From: Tubiluchus corallicola
Lineage: Eukaryota > Animalia > Priapulida
Length of the DNA stretch: 26,648 bases
NCBI GenBank assembly: GCA_030141605.1
Contig: JAQGDQ010001754.1
Coordinates: forward strand, 1 to 26,648
Reading direction: 5' to 3'
Numbering within the stretch: position 1 is the stretch's first letter; the number at the start of each line of letters is the position of its first letter. This document shows, piece after piece, positions 1-12,768 of the stretch. The notes beneath the pieces are model-generated. The model made no database searches. It saw nothing but the letters and a program-made list of their open reading frames with translations, and had not been told where the DNA came from. The position numbers and the translations under genes are program-made.

Positions 1-853
<853 letters not shown>

Positions 854-929
854 TTATGTCCGTGTTTTCCCCCAATAAATACAGCAGAATTAATCTTGTT
901 TAGTTACTAGTGCTAGAGGTTTTGTTGTG

Positions 930-1008
930 AACGTTTATAGCTTTTATACGAAGAATTCTCTACAGTTCTTGCTGAGTGCCTGGGAAATAAAACCAAATCA
1001 AATCAAAT
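930..1008 (+). mobile_element. Possible LINE 3' end
   Basis: AATAAA at 986-991 is followed by a (CAAAT)3 tail at 994-1008. No coding remnant was recognised and the left boundary is arbitrary. Confidence 0.3.
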
Positions 1009-1157
1009 TTGCTTGCAACGTCAAGGTTGATCTTGACATTGGTCGGTGAGTCATTGGAGAAATTGCAAGAAAACAATGTTCTTGTTCACAGCACACATGC
1101 AATTACATTATGAAGTTTGTATATGTATAATCCTCGATTTTGTATTAAACCTTGTGT

Positions 1158-1682
1158 CAGTGATGAGAATTTTCCGCGGATACGCGGAATTCCGAGTTTT
1201 TTGGAAGACCGGTAGTGCCGTTTTTGTAAATCGCGTGAATTCGCTGAGAAAATTTTTACGGACCCAGTACATTATTTCACAAGGTGACCGCTAGTTGGCA
1301 GGCCGTCACTTTGTTTACATCACGTACATCAGTGCAACCACGTGTATATCTCTATGTATAAAAATATAGAATCAATTGTGCGGAGTTATTTGAGTCAATT
1401 GCAGACAGTTTTTATATACTTTTGCATAGGAGCGGCTAGTACTTAGGCGTTTTTGAGACAATTAGGTATCATGTATCCTTGATAGTTGGGTATTTTAAAT
1501 TATGCATGAAACAAGGTAAGTGATATTTTAAGTCCACTTAGAGGCTCTTTATGGTCACAAAATTGCAATTTGTTGCTGACTCCGAGGGGGTTTCGCCCCC
1601 TTGAACCCTCACGGGGGTCTACGCAGCTCCCAACCCCCCGGCCTGTTTCAGAGTTTTTTGCAATTTGTCATTCTCAGCCCTG
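1158..1682 (+). mobile_element. Non-autonomous DNA transposon (MITE family A, hAT/P-like), copy 1
   Basis: TIRs CAGTGATGAGAAT...ATTCTCAGCCCTG. Perfect 8-bp TSD CCTTGTGT at 1150-1157 and 1683-1690. Highly similar to 7341-7840 and 19477-19966. Confidence 0.93.
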
Positions 1683-1857
1683 CCTTGTGTAACTGCAGCA
1701 GAAATGAACAAAATTCACTTAAGAATTCACAAATTTGATGAAATTTGTTAAAAGGGGGGATTATCGCTCTGCGAACGAAGAGAATTTCTCTTCCCCCCAA
1801 AGAGCATTTCACCTGAGGCCGTGATTATGTAAATAGATTATTCTATTTAATCTTACT

Positions 1858-1858
<1 letters not shown>

Positions 1859-1899
<41 letters not shown>

Positions 1900-2223
1900 T
1901 GAGAGAGAGTGGGTGAGAGAGAGGGTGAGAGAGAGTGGATAAGAGAGAGAGAGAGAGAGAGTGGGTGAGAGAGAGTGGGTGAGAGAGAGGGTGAGAGAGA
2001 GTGGATAAGAGAGAGAGTGGGTGAGAGAGAGAGAGTGGGTGAGAGAGAGAGAGTTGATGAGAGAGAGAGTGGGTGAGAGAGAGGGGGAGGAGAGAGAGAG
2101 AGAGTGGGTGAGAGAGAGGGTGAGAGAGAGAGTGGGTGAGAGAGAGAGAGAGGGTGAGAGAGAGAGAGAGAGTGGGTGAGGGAGAGAGAGAGAGGGAGAG
2201 GGGGAGGAGAGAGAGAGAGAGAG
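1859..2223. repeat. Compound (GA)n microsatellite with GTGGGT/GGGT modules
   Basis: Directly visible. Confidence 0.98.
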
Positions 2224-2235
2224 CCCCGTGCTGAT

Positions 2236-2591
2236 CGTGCACTGTTAACACTAATTTTATGTCTAATTTATTGCAGTGAGAAAGGTTGCATTACGCTTAA
2301 ACCTTAGTGGGTATTGATTGATTTGCTCTTACCTGTGATTTTGCATTAATTGTGCTGTGAAAAGAATCCAGTCAAAAATAGTCATTAGAGAAACATAACA
2401 AACGATTTGTATAAATTGTGGCCACACTAATAATACACTTTATTAACAAAATTCAAATTTAACTGCTACACTTTACATTTCAAATTAAGTTACAAATCAT
2501 AAGAAAAATAATCACATAATTTACGGCACTTTAAATGAATAATCTCACATACAGGCCTATATAAAAAACAAGAAAAAGGGGACCCCACTGG
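2236..2591 (+). repeat. Interspersed repeat family B, copy 1
   Basis: Near-identical to about 4425-4755 (GCATTACGCTTAAACCTTAGTGGG...AAAAACAAGAAAAAGGGGA.CCACTGG). Both copies are preceded by a GA tract. Confidence 0.92.
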
Positions 2592-2603
2592 AATGACGAT
2601 GCA

Positions 2604-2618
2604 GCACCAGGTGGCGCA
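2604..2618 (+). promoter_or_regulatory. CTCF-core-like motif
   Basis: GCACCAGGTGGCGCA differs from the CCACCAGGTGGCGC core only at position 1. This is a motif match only. Confidence 0.3.
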
Positions 2619-2720
2619 AATGTTTTAAATCATTAACAACTTTCTTTTCGAATTACGTAAGTCCCGTAAAAATAGTTCGTTGTATTGGTTGTGTGAAGCT
2701 GATTATTGGTGTTTTAGGGA

Positions 2721-2992
2721 TGGTAAAACTATGAAGAGTCTGATTATAAAACTACACGTTTATTAAACATCAAACACAATAAATATAACAGATAGTAATG
2801 CCGAGCCCCCTGATCTAGCCTGCTCTCCTTCAACTCCCAGACTCAATCCCCTGAACTGGGCGCATCACAAGGTTTACATATCGTGCGCCGAGCTTCAACA
2901 CCTCCACTTACTCACGTGACACCACACCTTAACTGGGCTTCATACCAGCATTCATCAACATAATTATCTATCGTAATCTATCGCTTTTAACA
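2721..2992 (-). mobile_element. Possible decayed solo LTR
   Basis: The minus strand reads TGTTAAAA...AATAAA (2759-2764)...TTTTACCA, with 7/8 inverted termini and TG..CA ends. No TSD was found. Confidence 0.25.
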
Positions 2993-3037
2993 TAGTTTAA
3001 CAGGTCCTCTTTACTAGTCCTTTCAAACAGGGAAGCG

Positions 3038-3112
3038 TAATGCTAAGTAATATAACTTTGTATGGAAAGTTTTTTTGGGATAATTATGCTTTAGCATTGC
3101 CCTTTCTTCCCC
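3038..3112 (+). repeat. Diverged interspersed repeat fragment
   Basis: AATGCTAAGTAATATA..TTTG.A.GGAAAGTTTTTTGGGA.AAT...TTTCTTCCC is also present at about 20549-20618. Confidence 0.7.
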
Positions 3113-3849
3113 TAGGAACGGCAGGATACGATTATTCAGTAAGTGTAAAGACGCTTGACGCGTGACGCATGTTGCTGATGCTTCCTGCGTCACGCTTACG
3201 CGTCTCTTTTGCTTTGTAATTTCCAATCGCTATACATGTATATTTATACAGATGACAAACCTTCAATCAATCCAATATGACAGTGCAAACAGCTGATTCT
3301 ACGTCTGAGCTTGTGAGACGGATTACCTTGGGATTCAAGCTTTTATATCCGCGTGTATCACGTGTCCACTTGTCCATTACATTTCCTGCTAATGTTAGCC
3401 TCTAAGACGAGTAATCTGTACTCTGTCTCAAGAGACAAAGCCAAGCAATTGTCACGCACCTGTGCTAGTGTTGTTTCTTGGACAATTCCTAACCGTGCTT
3501 CCAGGAATGTCTTTTTACCAAAATGTCATCCATGCTGTGCCAAGGATACGCCAGTGCACCGTCTGACAGAGATGCTCTGAAGCCCGTAGAAAAGCTAACA
3601 ATGGCAGGTGCTAGAACAATAGTGCTCAGGAATATATTTTGAATCAGTTCACGTTCAGCCTTACTTTAGCTGTAAATTGAACTAGTCACTTCGATTGTGA
3701 GAATGTGAACTTTGTGCTTTATTGACATGAACAGTAAGGCTGAGTGACAATAAACTAGGCTGAGTGACAATAAACTATGCTATTTATCATGGTGAAAAAG
3801 AAAACCATTATGAATTCCTAAAGCAACTTGTGGCATTTTTATCACTTAA

Positions 3850-4307
3850 CCCTTTCATACCCGTTGTATCCCGTGGGATACGAGAATGTTTTTTACCTTT
3901 GAAATTAATAAAATTTTAAAACTGACAGTTATTTGATCTGTTAATAGTTATTTTGATTTAAGCCAATAACAATAGACTAAAAATGGTGATAAAATGGCAA
4001 ACTAGAAAATCTACATAGCATAAAAAACTGCACAAGGTACAGTACTTTAGAGACGACTTTGTACAGATCAGCATAGCATGCATACTAAATGTCTTAAATA
4101 CTTTAAAAAATTATCAACAGTTGCAAAATGAAGCACATTTTATGCTTCCATTGAATCCCAATGTATCCCGTGGGATACAGGCTATATTTAGCACGCGGGC
4201 ACAGGTAGAAAAAATAATTATTATGTGTAAAAAAGATGGACATACTGAACAAACGTACCAAGCCAAAAATTTTTTCTTATTAAAAAAATAATTTGGGACT
4301 GAAAGGG
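3850..4307 (+). mobile_element. piggyBac-type MITE, copy 1
   Basis: TTAA TSDs at 3846-3849 and 4308-4311. TIRs CCCTTTCATACCC...GGGACTGAAAGGG. Internal near-palindrome GTATCCCGTGGGATAC at 3866-3881 and 4163-4178. A second copy lies at 12314-12768. Confidence 0.93.
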
Positions 4308-4399
4308 TTAAGGTGCTTGGCCAAACATTGCGTGTTATAGGCTACGATTCACGGTTCCCACATGTCGAAAAAAATTGAATTTGATGCCAAATAGCTTTA

Positions 4400-4783
4400 A
4401 AGAGAGGGAGAGTCTGTCCTGGTTGTGCACTGCTAAATCTAATTTATGGCAGTGAAAAGGATGCATTACGCTTAAACCTTAGTGGGTATTGATTGATTTG
4501 CTCTTACCTGTGATTTTGCATTAATTGTGCTGTGAAAATAATCCAGTCAAAAATAGTCATTAGAGAAACATAACGAACGATTTGTATAAATTGTGGCCAC
4601 ACTAATAATACACTTTATTAACAAATTTATCTATTACACTTTACATTACGTTACAAGTTACAAATTATAACAAAAATAATCACATAATTCGCAGCACTTT
4701 AAATAATCTCACATATAGGCCTATATAAAAAACAAGAAAAAGGGGAACCACTGGTCACTGATCAGTGGTGGTACTTCCCTTTT
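4400..4783 (+). repeat. Interspersed repeat family B, copy 2, with terminal hairpin
   Basis: Matches 2236-2591 and has a short GA head at 4400-4412. Ends in the hairpin CCACTGGTCA-C-TGATCAGTGG (4748-4768). Confidence 0.88.
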
Positions 4784-4982
4784 ACAGGCAATGTTAACTA
4801 AATGCATGGTTACACATGCATGAACGAAGCCACACGATCTAAATAATATTGTAAGGCCAGCAAAGAAGCCAGGCTTGGTTTAATGCGGATTTTCCGACAC
4901 CACATATTCCTGCCCATGGCTTCCACATCCACTGTGTTTGGTGCCTAAAACCTCAGTAGCCCCGCTACGCACAATCTGAACA

Positions 4983-5305
4983 TTTAGATTAGATTTAGAT
5001 TTAGATTTAATATTTTATTTCAAACTTCGCAAAGTTCATAAACACATCACAAATTAATACAAATAATACAATAAATCATGACACACAACAACAACACAAA
5101 TAACAATTAATGATATAACAAACTACGCCAATGACATCTAATTACAGAAGTAAAGTTTGCATCACTGTTTAAAATGTTCTTGCATATAAAATTTTCACTC
5201 TTATTCAGCCTGACGTATAAACTGTATGCACATTTTCTGTGAATAACATCAAAATAAATAATATTAAGTTTAGTAGAAATATATCTTATGAAAAGTTAAA
5301 CAGCT
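4983..5305 (-). mobile_element. 5'-truncated LINE 3' stub (RTE-X/L2-like ORF2 C-terminus, 3' UTR, repeat tail)
   Basis: The minus frame reads ...KLNIIYFDVIHRKCAYSLYVRLNKSENFICKNILNSDANFTSVIRCHWRSLLYH* (stop 5107-5109). AATAAA at about 5014-5019 is followed by an (AATCTA)n tail to 4983. Confidence 0.8.
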
Positions 5306-5311
5306 TCCCAG

Positions 5312-5790
5312 TGAGAAATATCATTGTTGCGCATTTGTCTGCGTAGTGTCTCCTGAGTTCCCAAAAATCCACTAGGGTCTCAATAGTCATACTGTTCATT
5401 TTCTGAGGACCTCAGCAGTCTACGCCCCTAATGAGAAATGTCATTGTTGCACATTTGTCTGCGTAGTGTCTCCTGAGTTCCCAAAAATCCATGAGGGTCT
5501 CAATTGTCATACTGTTCATTTGTCGAGGACCTCAGCAGTCTACGCCCCCAATGAGAAATGTCAGCATTGCGCATTTGTCTGCGTAGTGTCTCCTGAGTTC
5601 CCAAAAATCCATGGGGGTCTCAATAGTCACACTGTTGTTTTTCCGAGCACCTCAGCAGTCTGCGCCCCCAATGAGAAATGTCATTGTTGCACATTTGGCC
5701 ACATAGTGTTTCCACTGGAACCCATAATGCATCATCTCAGGGATCACATCGTTCATTATCTGAAGGGCACTTCCGTGTTTCGCCAAATGA
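5312..5790. repeat. 120-bp tandem repeat, 3 good copies plus 1 diverged copy
   Basis: Units begin TGAGAAAT at 5312, 5432, 5552 and 5672. Confidence 0.93.
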
Positions 5791-5991
5791 TAATGGATGA
5801 TATGGACGTTAAAAGCACCTTTGCAATTTCCACATCTTCCTCTTTATGGCTGACATTTTGAATTAGATATAACTATGCTGTCTTATTGTGCTCTATGAAC
5901 ATGGCCGTTATGAGGTATAACGTCGTATTTCCTTGTTAGTCGCTTGACTGTTTTGGGAAAAAGTCCATTACAAAAAGCTGTAAAGGTCTGC

Positions 5992-6752
5992 TGAGAACCT
6001 TGGATTTATCTCCCGAAGAATTCTCCATTACCCCCCCCCCCTTTTCTGCAATTATGCGTCTGTGCTACAGCGACCTCTGTCGACGAATATGTGAATTTGT
6101 GTGAGAACCTTGGATTTATCTCCCGAATAATTCTCCATTATCCCCCCCCCTTTTTGTGCAATTATGCGTCTGTGCTACAGCGACCTCTGTCGACGAATAT
6201 GTGAATTTGTGTGAGAACCTTGGATTTATCTCCCGAAGAATTCTCCATTATCCCCCCTTTTCTGCAATTATGCGTCTGTGCTACAGCGACCTCTGTCGAC
6301 GAATATGTGAAATTGTGTGAGAACCTTGGATTTATCTCCCGAAGAATTCTCCATTATCCCCCCCCCTTTTCTGCAATTATGCGTCTGTGTTACAGCGACC
6401 TCTGTCGACGAATATGTGAATTTGTGTGAGAACCTTGGATTTATCTCCCGAAGAATTCTCCATTATCCCCCCCTTTTTGTGCAATTATGCGTCTGTGTTA
6501 CAGCGACCTCTGTCGACGAATATGTGAAATTGTGTGAGAACCTTGGATTTATCTCCCGAAGAATTCTCCATTATCCCCCCCTTTTTGTGCAATTATGCGT
6601 CTGTGCTACAGCGACCTCTGTCGACGAATATGTGAATTTGTGTGAGAACCTTGGATTTATCTCCCGAAGAATTCTCCATTATCCCCCCCCCTTTTCTGCA
6701 ATTATGCGTCTGTGCTACAGCGACCTCTGTCGACTTATATGTGAATTTGTGT
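5992..6752. repeat. 106-110-bp tandem repeat, 7 copies
   Basis: Units begin TGAGAACCTTGG at 5992, 6102, 6212, 6318, 6427, 6535 and 6643. Length varies in the poly-C/T run. Confidence 0.97.
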
Positions 6753-6929
6753 ATGGACGTCGAAGCACGGCATGCCCACACCACTCCAGCAATCAGATCA
6801 GCCAAACAAATCCTAGCGATGAATGACAGGGGCAGGGACAGTCACAGACACCTTGCACCTAATAATGGAACTATCCTATCCCTATCATCCTTCAAATAAT
6901 GATCAGCCTACCCTATATGAAAGTTTTCC

Positions 6930-7001
6930 ATAAGTGGGATTCGAACCCAGGTTCGATTGCATGCGAGTCCTCCTCCTCCTCACCGCCTAGGCCACACCGT
7001 C
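6930..7001 (-). mobile_element. tRNA-derived SINE-like head (Pol III A and B boxes)
   Basis: The minus strand starts GACGGTGTGGCCTAGGCGG (A box, 6983-6994) and has GGTTCGAATCC (B box, 6937-6947). The anticodon region is degraded by a (GGA)n run, so it is not called a tRNA. Confidence 0.7.
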
Positions 7002-7340
7002 ACGTATTTTTAAGATGGGTTTTTCCCAATATGCTGTACTCGCTGCTGTTATTACCATAGCCACTATGGCTGACTGATTGGCTTACACCTTGGCAAATTA
7101 TAGTTAATCAGTGCAGGTGACTATGACACATGCGAAATTTTCGTAAGTTACCTTTATTTGAACAGGCAAGAGTTGGCAGTGTGTCAACACGTATATAAGC
7201 CTTAAGAGTTTCCATAAAGACAAACGTGATATCTTTTATAATTATCTGTGAGTAATGTACTAGGTATTGCTTGAATCCAATCAAGGTAATTATCCCACTG
7301 TTACACTACCTGTAATGTTCGCGCATTGTTGGACAATGGT

Positions 7341-7840
7341 CAGGGATGAGAATTTTCCGCGGATACGCGGAATTCCGAGCTTTTGGAAGACCAGTAGTGC
7401 CATTTTTGTAAATCGCGTAAATTCCTTGAGAAAATTTTTACGGACCCAGTACATTATTTCACAAGCTGGCCGCTAGTTGGCAGGCCGTCACTTTGTTTAC
7501 ATCACGTACATCAGTGTAACCACGTGTATATCTCTATGTATAAAAATATAGAATCAATTCTGCGGAGTTATTTGAGTCAATTGCAGACAGTTTTTATATA
7601 CTTTTGCATAGGAGAGGCCAGTACTTAGGCGTTTTTGAGACAATTAGGTATCATGTATCCTTGATAGTTGGGTATTTTAAATTATGCATGAAGCAAGGTA
7701 ATTGATATTTTAAGTCCACTTAGAGGTTCTCTATGGTCACAAAATTGCTATTTGTTGCTTCGCCTCCTTGAACCCCCATGGGGACTTTGCCCGTCAACCC
7801 CTGTTTCAGAGTTTTTTGCAATTTGTCATTCTCATCCCTG
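7341..7840 (+). mobile_element. MITE family A, copy 2
   Basis: Perfect 13-bp TIRs CAGGGATGAGAAT/ATTCTCATCCCTG. 7-bp flanking duplication CAATGGT at 7334-7340 and 7841-7847. Confidence 0.93.
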
Positions 7841-8628
7841 CAATGGTGGCTGCGAATGTGTTACATGCTGCAGTGCAAATTTACAGCTAACATTTAAGGT
7901 TAAACTGTTGATTAAATCCAGTGCGAGTAGTTTTATATTTCTTGACAGGCTGAACCAAATAGTTGCTGCTGGTGTAAATAATTACTGTGCTGCTATACGG
8001 AAGGCACAAGCTTGACGTCTGCTTGGCCGATTTCACTGCACAATCCGCATGAATCACCATCGCCATTGTTCCAGCCGTGCTGATGCCATTAAGAAATGTA
8101 AAAAGGAAAATTTCGCGTTCATATATTACTACGTTTTTACATATATTTTGCATACATACTAGCATGACTATCAAAAAACTATAATTTTACACACTACTTT
8201 ACATACTACTATTTTACATACTACTATTTTACTACGAAATGTATTTTACCTTATGATTTTATTGTTATCATTTTGCTCTCCCCATAACACTTGTAATTCT
8301 ATCATTCTGAATTACTGTAGGACACAATAGGTTTGAGACTAAAAGAAGTTCTCCATTTCTGTGGCATACGATTACCAATGAGCGATAATACGCGAGTTTT
8401 CCTGGTAGTATGCCGTTTTAAAGACACGTTCGTTTTGCCTATTATATTGTTTACATGGTTAATTTAGTAATGTTCAGTAATAGAGTTATAATTGTCCATT
8501 TGTGACGTTCTCAGTGTCTGTTTCGTTTTCTGTTAAAAATTAGTATTTAGTTTAAACATAATTTATTTAAGATTGGATCAGACAGTTTGAACAACATGAT
8601 TTAGGATCCTCACCACAACAGTCTACTA

Positions 8629-8993
<365 letters not shown>

Positions 8994-9084
8994 TAAACAT
9001 AATTTATTATCGGATTGGATCAGATAGTTTGAACAACATGATTTAGGATCCTCACCACATCAGACTTTATACACTATTTACAAG

Positions 9085-10149
9085 AACATTTACAGTAAGA
9101 ATAGACTATAACTACACAAGCTGACAAGTTTTACTACAAGATTACATTAGATATTAGTAACATTTACAGTAAGAATAGACTATAACTACATAAGCTGACA
9201 AGTTTTACTACAAGATTACATTAGACATTAGTAACATTTACAGTAAGAATAGACTATAACTACATAAGCTGACAAGTTTTACTATAACTACATAAGCTGA
9301 CAAGTTTTACTACAAGATTACATTAGACATTAGTAACATTTACAGTAAGAATAGACTATAACTACATAAGCTGACAAGTTTTACTACAAGATTACATTAG
9401 ACATTAGTAACATTTACAGTAAGAATAGACTATAACTACACAAGCTGACAAGTTTTACTACAAGATTACATTAGACATTAGTAACATTTACAGTAAGAAT
9501 AGACTATAACTACACAAGCTGACAAGTTTTACTACAAGATTACATTAGACATTAGTAACATTTACAGTAAGAATAGACTATAACTACACAAGCTGACAAG
9601 TTTTACTACAAGATTACATTAGACATTAGTAACATTTACAGTAAGAATAGACTATAACTACACAAGCTGACAAGTTTTACTACAAGATTACATTAGACAT
9701 TAGTAACATTTACAGTAAGAATAGACTATAACTACACAAGCTGACAAGTTTTACTACAAGATTACATTAGACATTAGTAACATTTACAGTAAGAATAGAC
9801 TATAACTACACAAGCTGACAAGTTTTACTACAAGATTACATTAGACATTAGTAACATTTACAGTAAGAATAGACTATAACTACACAAGCTGACAAGTTTT
9901 ACTACAAGATTACATTAGACATTAGTAACATTTACGGTAAGAATAGACTATAACTACACAAGCTGACAAGTTTTACTACAAGATTACATTAGACATTAGT
10001 AACATTTACGGTAAGAATAGACTATAACTACACAAGCTGACAAGTTTTACTACAAGATTACATTAGACATTAGTAACATTTACGGTAAGAATAGACTATA
10101 ACTACACAAGCTGACAAGTTTTACTACAAGATTACATTAGACATTAGTA
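9085..10149. repeat. 74-bp minisatellite, 14 copies
   Basis: Unit TAACATTTACAGTAAGAATAGACTATAACTACACAAGCTGACAAGTTTTACTACAAGATTACATTAGACATTAG. The third unit carries a 28-bp internal duplication. Confidence 0.98.
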
Positions 10150-10963
10150 GAAAATGATGGTTAGAAAATATTAATGTACGAATATTTAAGACTGATGCAT
10201 TTCATTTCAGATAGAAACTACTGGAAGCTTTTAGTACGTAATATAAAGTCATGTATACATTGGAATATTTTACAGTTAGTAACATAGTTAAATTCATCTT
10301 TTCCGAATAATAACAACTTCAACAGATCATTAGTTCCTAGGGCAGCTGTATTAAGGTTTTCGGGCAGAAGTATTTCATTTAATTTATCAAACATAACAAC
10401 CCTAGCTAGTTGATACAATTGTGATACAATGATAAAAGTAGTGCTTCATTATTAGCTCAATAATTCTCAACTAAACGGGCTTCATTTTGCCCTTCCAATG
10501 ACCTTGAAACTTGTCACACTTGTTTGGGTCGCCTGTCTGAATCTTCCCACTTTTATTTATATAAATTGAGTCGTTGGAATTAAATCCGCTTCACGTTTAA
10601 GTGGTTAGGATTGGGCGAGCTGTCTCGGATTTGAGTAATAGAGGAAACCTTTTAAATAATAGGGGAAACCTTTTAAACGTGGGTGTCGTTTTGCGAGTGA
10701 ATTGAACTTGGTAACATATTGCTCGCGACAAATGCCGTGACGAGCTCATTAATCGTGGCGCATTCATTTTCGCGGAAACTCGGTAATTAGGAGGTGCTCG
10801 TTTCTTACTGCTGCGATACTGATGGAGTTTGGCTTCGCGTGCAGATCGGGAGCAGCTGTAGAAAGTTGAGCAATGCTGGTTTCAGCCAGTACATGGTGTA
10901 AATTCAAAATTTAGCAATCTTGGTAATGTGCTGACGAACATCTATAAAATCAGAATATGATAT

Positions 10964-11261
10964 TGTTACGGAGGCACCTGTGTCGGGTCAGGTGTAGGGC
11001 CCTCTACACGCCCTGCTTCCACGTCAGCAGCGACTCACCCCTTTCTCGTAGGTCCAGACGTCTTGTTTGGGCCTACACGTGGTGTGAGAAGCCAGCTGAC
11101 CTGGAATGCCAGTATAAAAGCGTGTAGAGGTCACTACAGCCTTGATTTCAGACACAGGTGCTCCTCGGGTGTAGTGCTGTTACTGAGTTAGTTAGTTGTT
11201 TTTCTGTGCACGTGTATTTTGGTTCCCTATTTTTATTAGTGCTGATAATAAACTCCGTACA
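10964..11261 (+). mobile_element. LTR-like element (solo/partial, Gypsy-like) with long internal fold-back
   Basis: Starts TGTTACGGAG, with TATAAAA at 11113-11119, AATAAA at 11247-11252 and a near-inverted end CTCCGTACA at 11253-11261. No TSD was found, so the right boundary is uncertain. Confidence 0.6.
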
Positions 11262-11274
11262 GTGTAGTTTTTGT

Positions 11275-12264
11275 GTCTTTGCTAGTTCAGCTCACCTGCA
11301 TGTTCAGTTGTGATGTCATTGCTAGTTCAGCTGGCCTGCCTGTTCAGTTGTGATGTCATTGCTAGTTCAGCTGGCCTGCCTGTTCAGTTGTGATGTCTTT
11401 GCTAGTTCAGCTCACCTGCCTGTTCAGTTGTGATGTCTTGATTAGTTCAGCTCACCTGCCTGTTCAGTTGTGACGTCTTTGCTAGTTCAGCTGGCCCCCA
11501 CCAGTTCAGTTGTGACGTCTTTGCTAGTTCAGCTGGCCCCGACCAGTTCAGTTGTGACGTCTTTGCTAGTTCAGCTCGCCTGCCTGTTCAGTTGTGACGT
11601 CTTTGCTAGTTCAGCTCGCCTGCCTGTGCAGTTGTGATGTCTTTGCTAGTTCAGCTCGCCTGCCTGTTCAGTTGTGATGTCTTTGCTAGTTCAGCTCGCC
11701 TGCCTGTTCAGTTGTGATGTCTTCGCTAGTTCAACTCACCTGCCTGTTCAGTTGTGATGTCATTGCTAGTTCAGCTGGCCTGCCTGTTCAGTTGTGATGT
11801 CTTTGCTAGTTCAGCTGGCCTGCCTGTTCAGTTGTGATGTCTTCACTAGTTCAACTCACCTGCCTGTTCAGTTGTGATGTCTTCGCTAGTTCAGCTCACC
11901 TGCCTGTTCAGTTGTGATGTCTTCGCTAGTTCAACTCACCTGCCTGTTCAGTTGTGATGTCTTCGCTAGTTCAGCTCGCCTGCCTGTTCAGTTGTGACGT
12001 CTTTGCTAGTTCAGCTCGCCTGCCTGTTCAGTTGTGACGTCTTTGCTAGTTCAGCTCGCCTGCCTGTTCAGTTGTGACGTCTTTGCTAGTTCAGCTCGCC
12101 TGCCTGTTCAGTTGTGACGTCTTTGCTAGTTCAGCTGGCCTGCCTGTTCAGTTGTGATGTCATTGCTAGTTCAGCTGGCCTGCCTGTTCAGTTGTGATGT
12201 CTTTGCTAGTTCAGCTGGCCTGCCTGTTCAGTTGTGACGTCTTCACTAGTTCAGCTCGCCTGCC
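11275..12264. repeat. 40-bp minisatellite, ~25 copies
   Basis: Unit TGCTAGTTCAGCTCGCCTGCCTGTTCAGTTGTGATGTCTT with variants. Confidence 0.98.
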
Positions 12265-12313
12265 GTTGTACATTAAAATGGGGTAATATATGAAAAACAT
12301 CCTGTTTTTTTAA

Positions 12314-12768
12314 CCCTTTCATACCCGTTGTTTCCCACGGGATACGAGAATATTCTCTGCCTTTAAAATTAATAAAATTTTAAAACTGACACTTATTTGA
12401 TCTGTTAATAGTTATTTTGATTTAAGCCAATAACAATAGACTAAAACTGGTGATAAAATGGCAAACTAGAAAATCTACATAGCATAAAAAACTGAGCAAG
12501 GTACAGTACTTTAGAGACGACTTTGTACAGATCAGCATAGCGTGCATACTAAATGTCTTAAATACTTTAAAAAATTACCAGCAGTTGCAAAATGAAGCAC
12601 ATGTTATGCTTCCATTGAATCCCAATGTATCCCGTGGGATACAGGCTATATTTAGCACGCGGGCACAGGTAGAAAAAAATTATTATATGTAAGCAAGATG
12701 GACATACTGAACAAAAGTACCAAGCCAAAAAAATTTTTCTTATTAAAAATAATTTGAAACTGAAAGGG
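12314..12768 (+). mobile_element. piggyBac-type MITE, copy 2
   Basis: TTAA TSDs at 12310-12313 and 12769-12772. CCCTTTCA/TGAAAGGG termini. Collinear with 3850-4307. Confidence 0.93.

Noticed and set aside
6211-6899. Cys-rich repeated ORFs in the 108-bp array (also ORFs within the 52-, 83- and 155-bp arrays)
   Set aside because: Unit lengths vary or are not multiples of three, frames shift between units, and there is no recognisable domain.
6930-7001. Functional tRNA gene
   Set aside because: A and B boxes are present, but the anticodon arm is disrupted and no good acceptor-stem pairing was seen.
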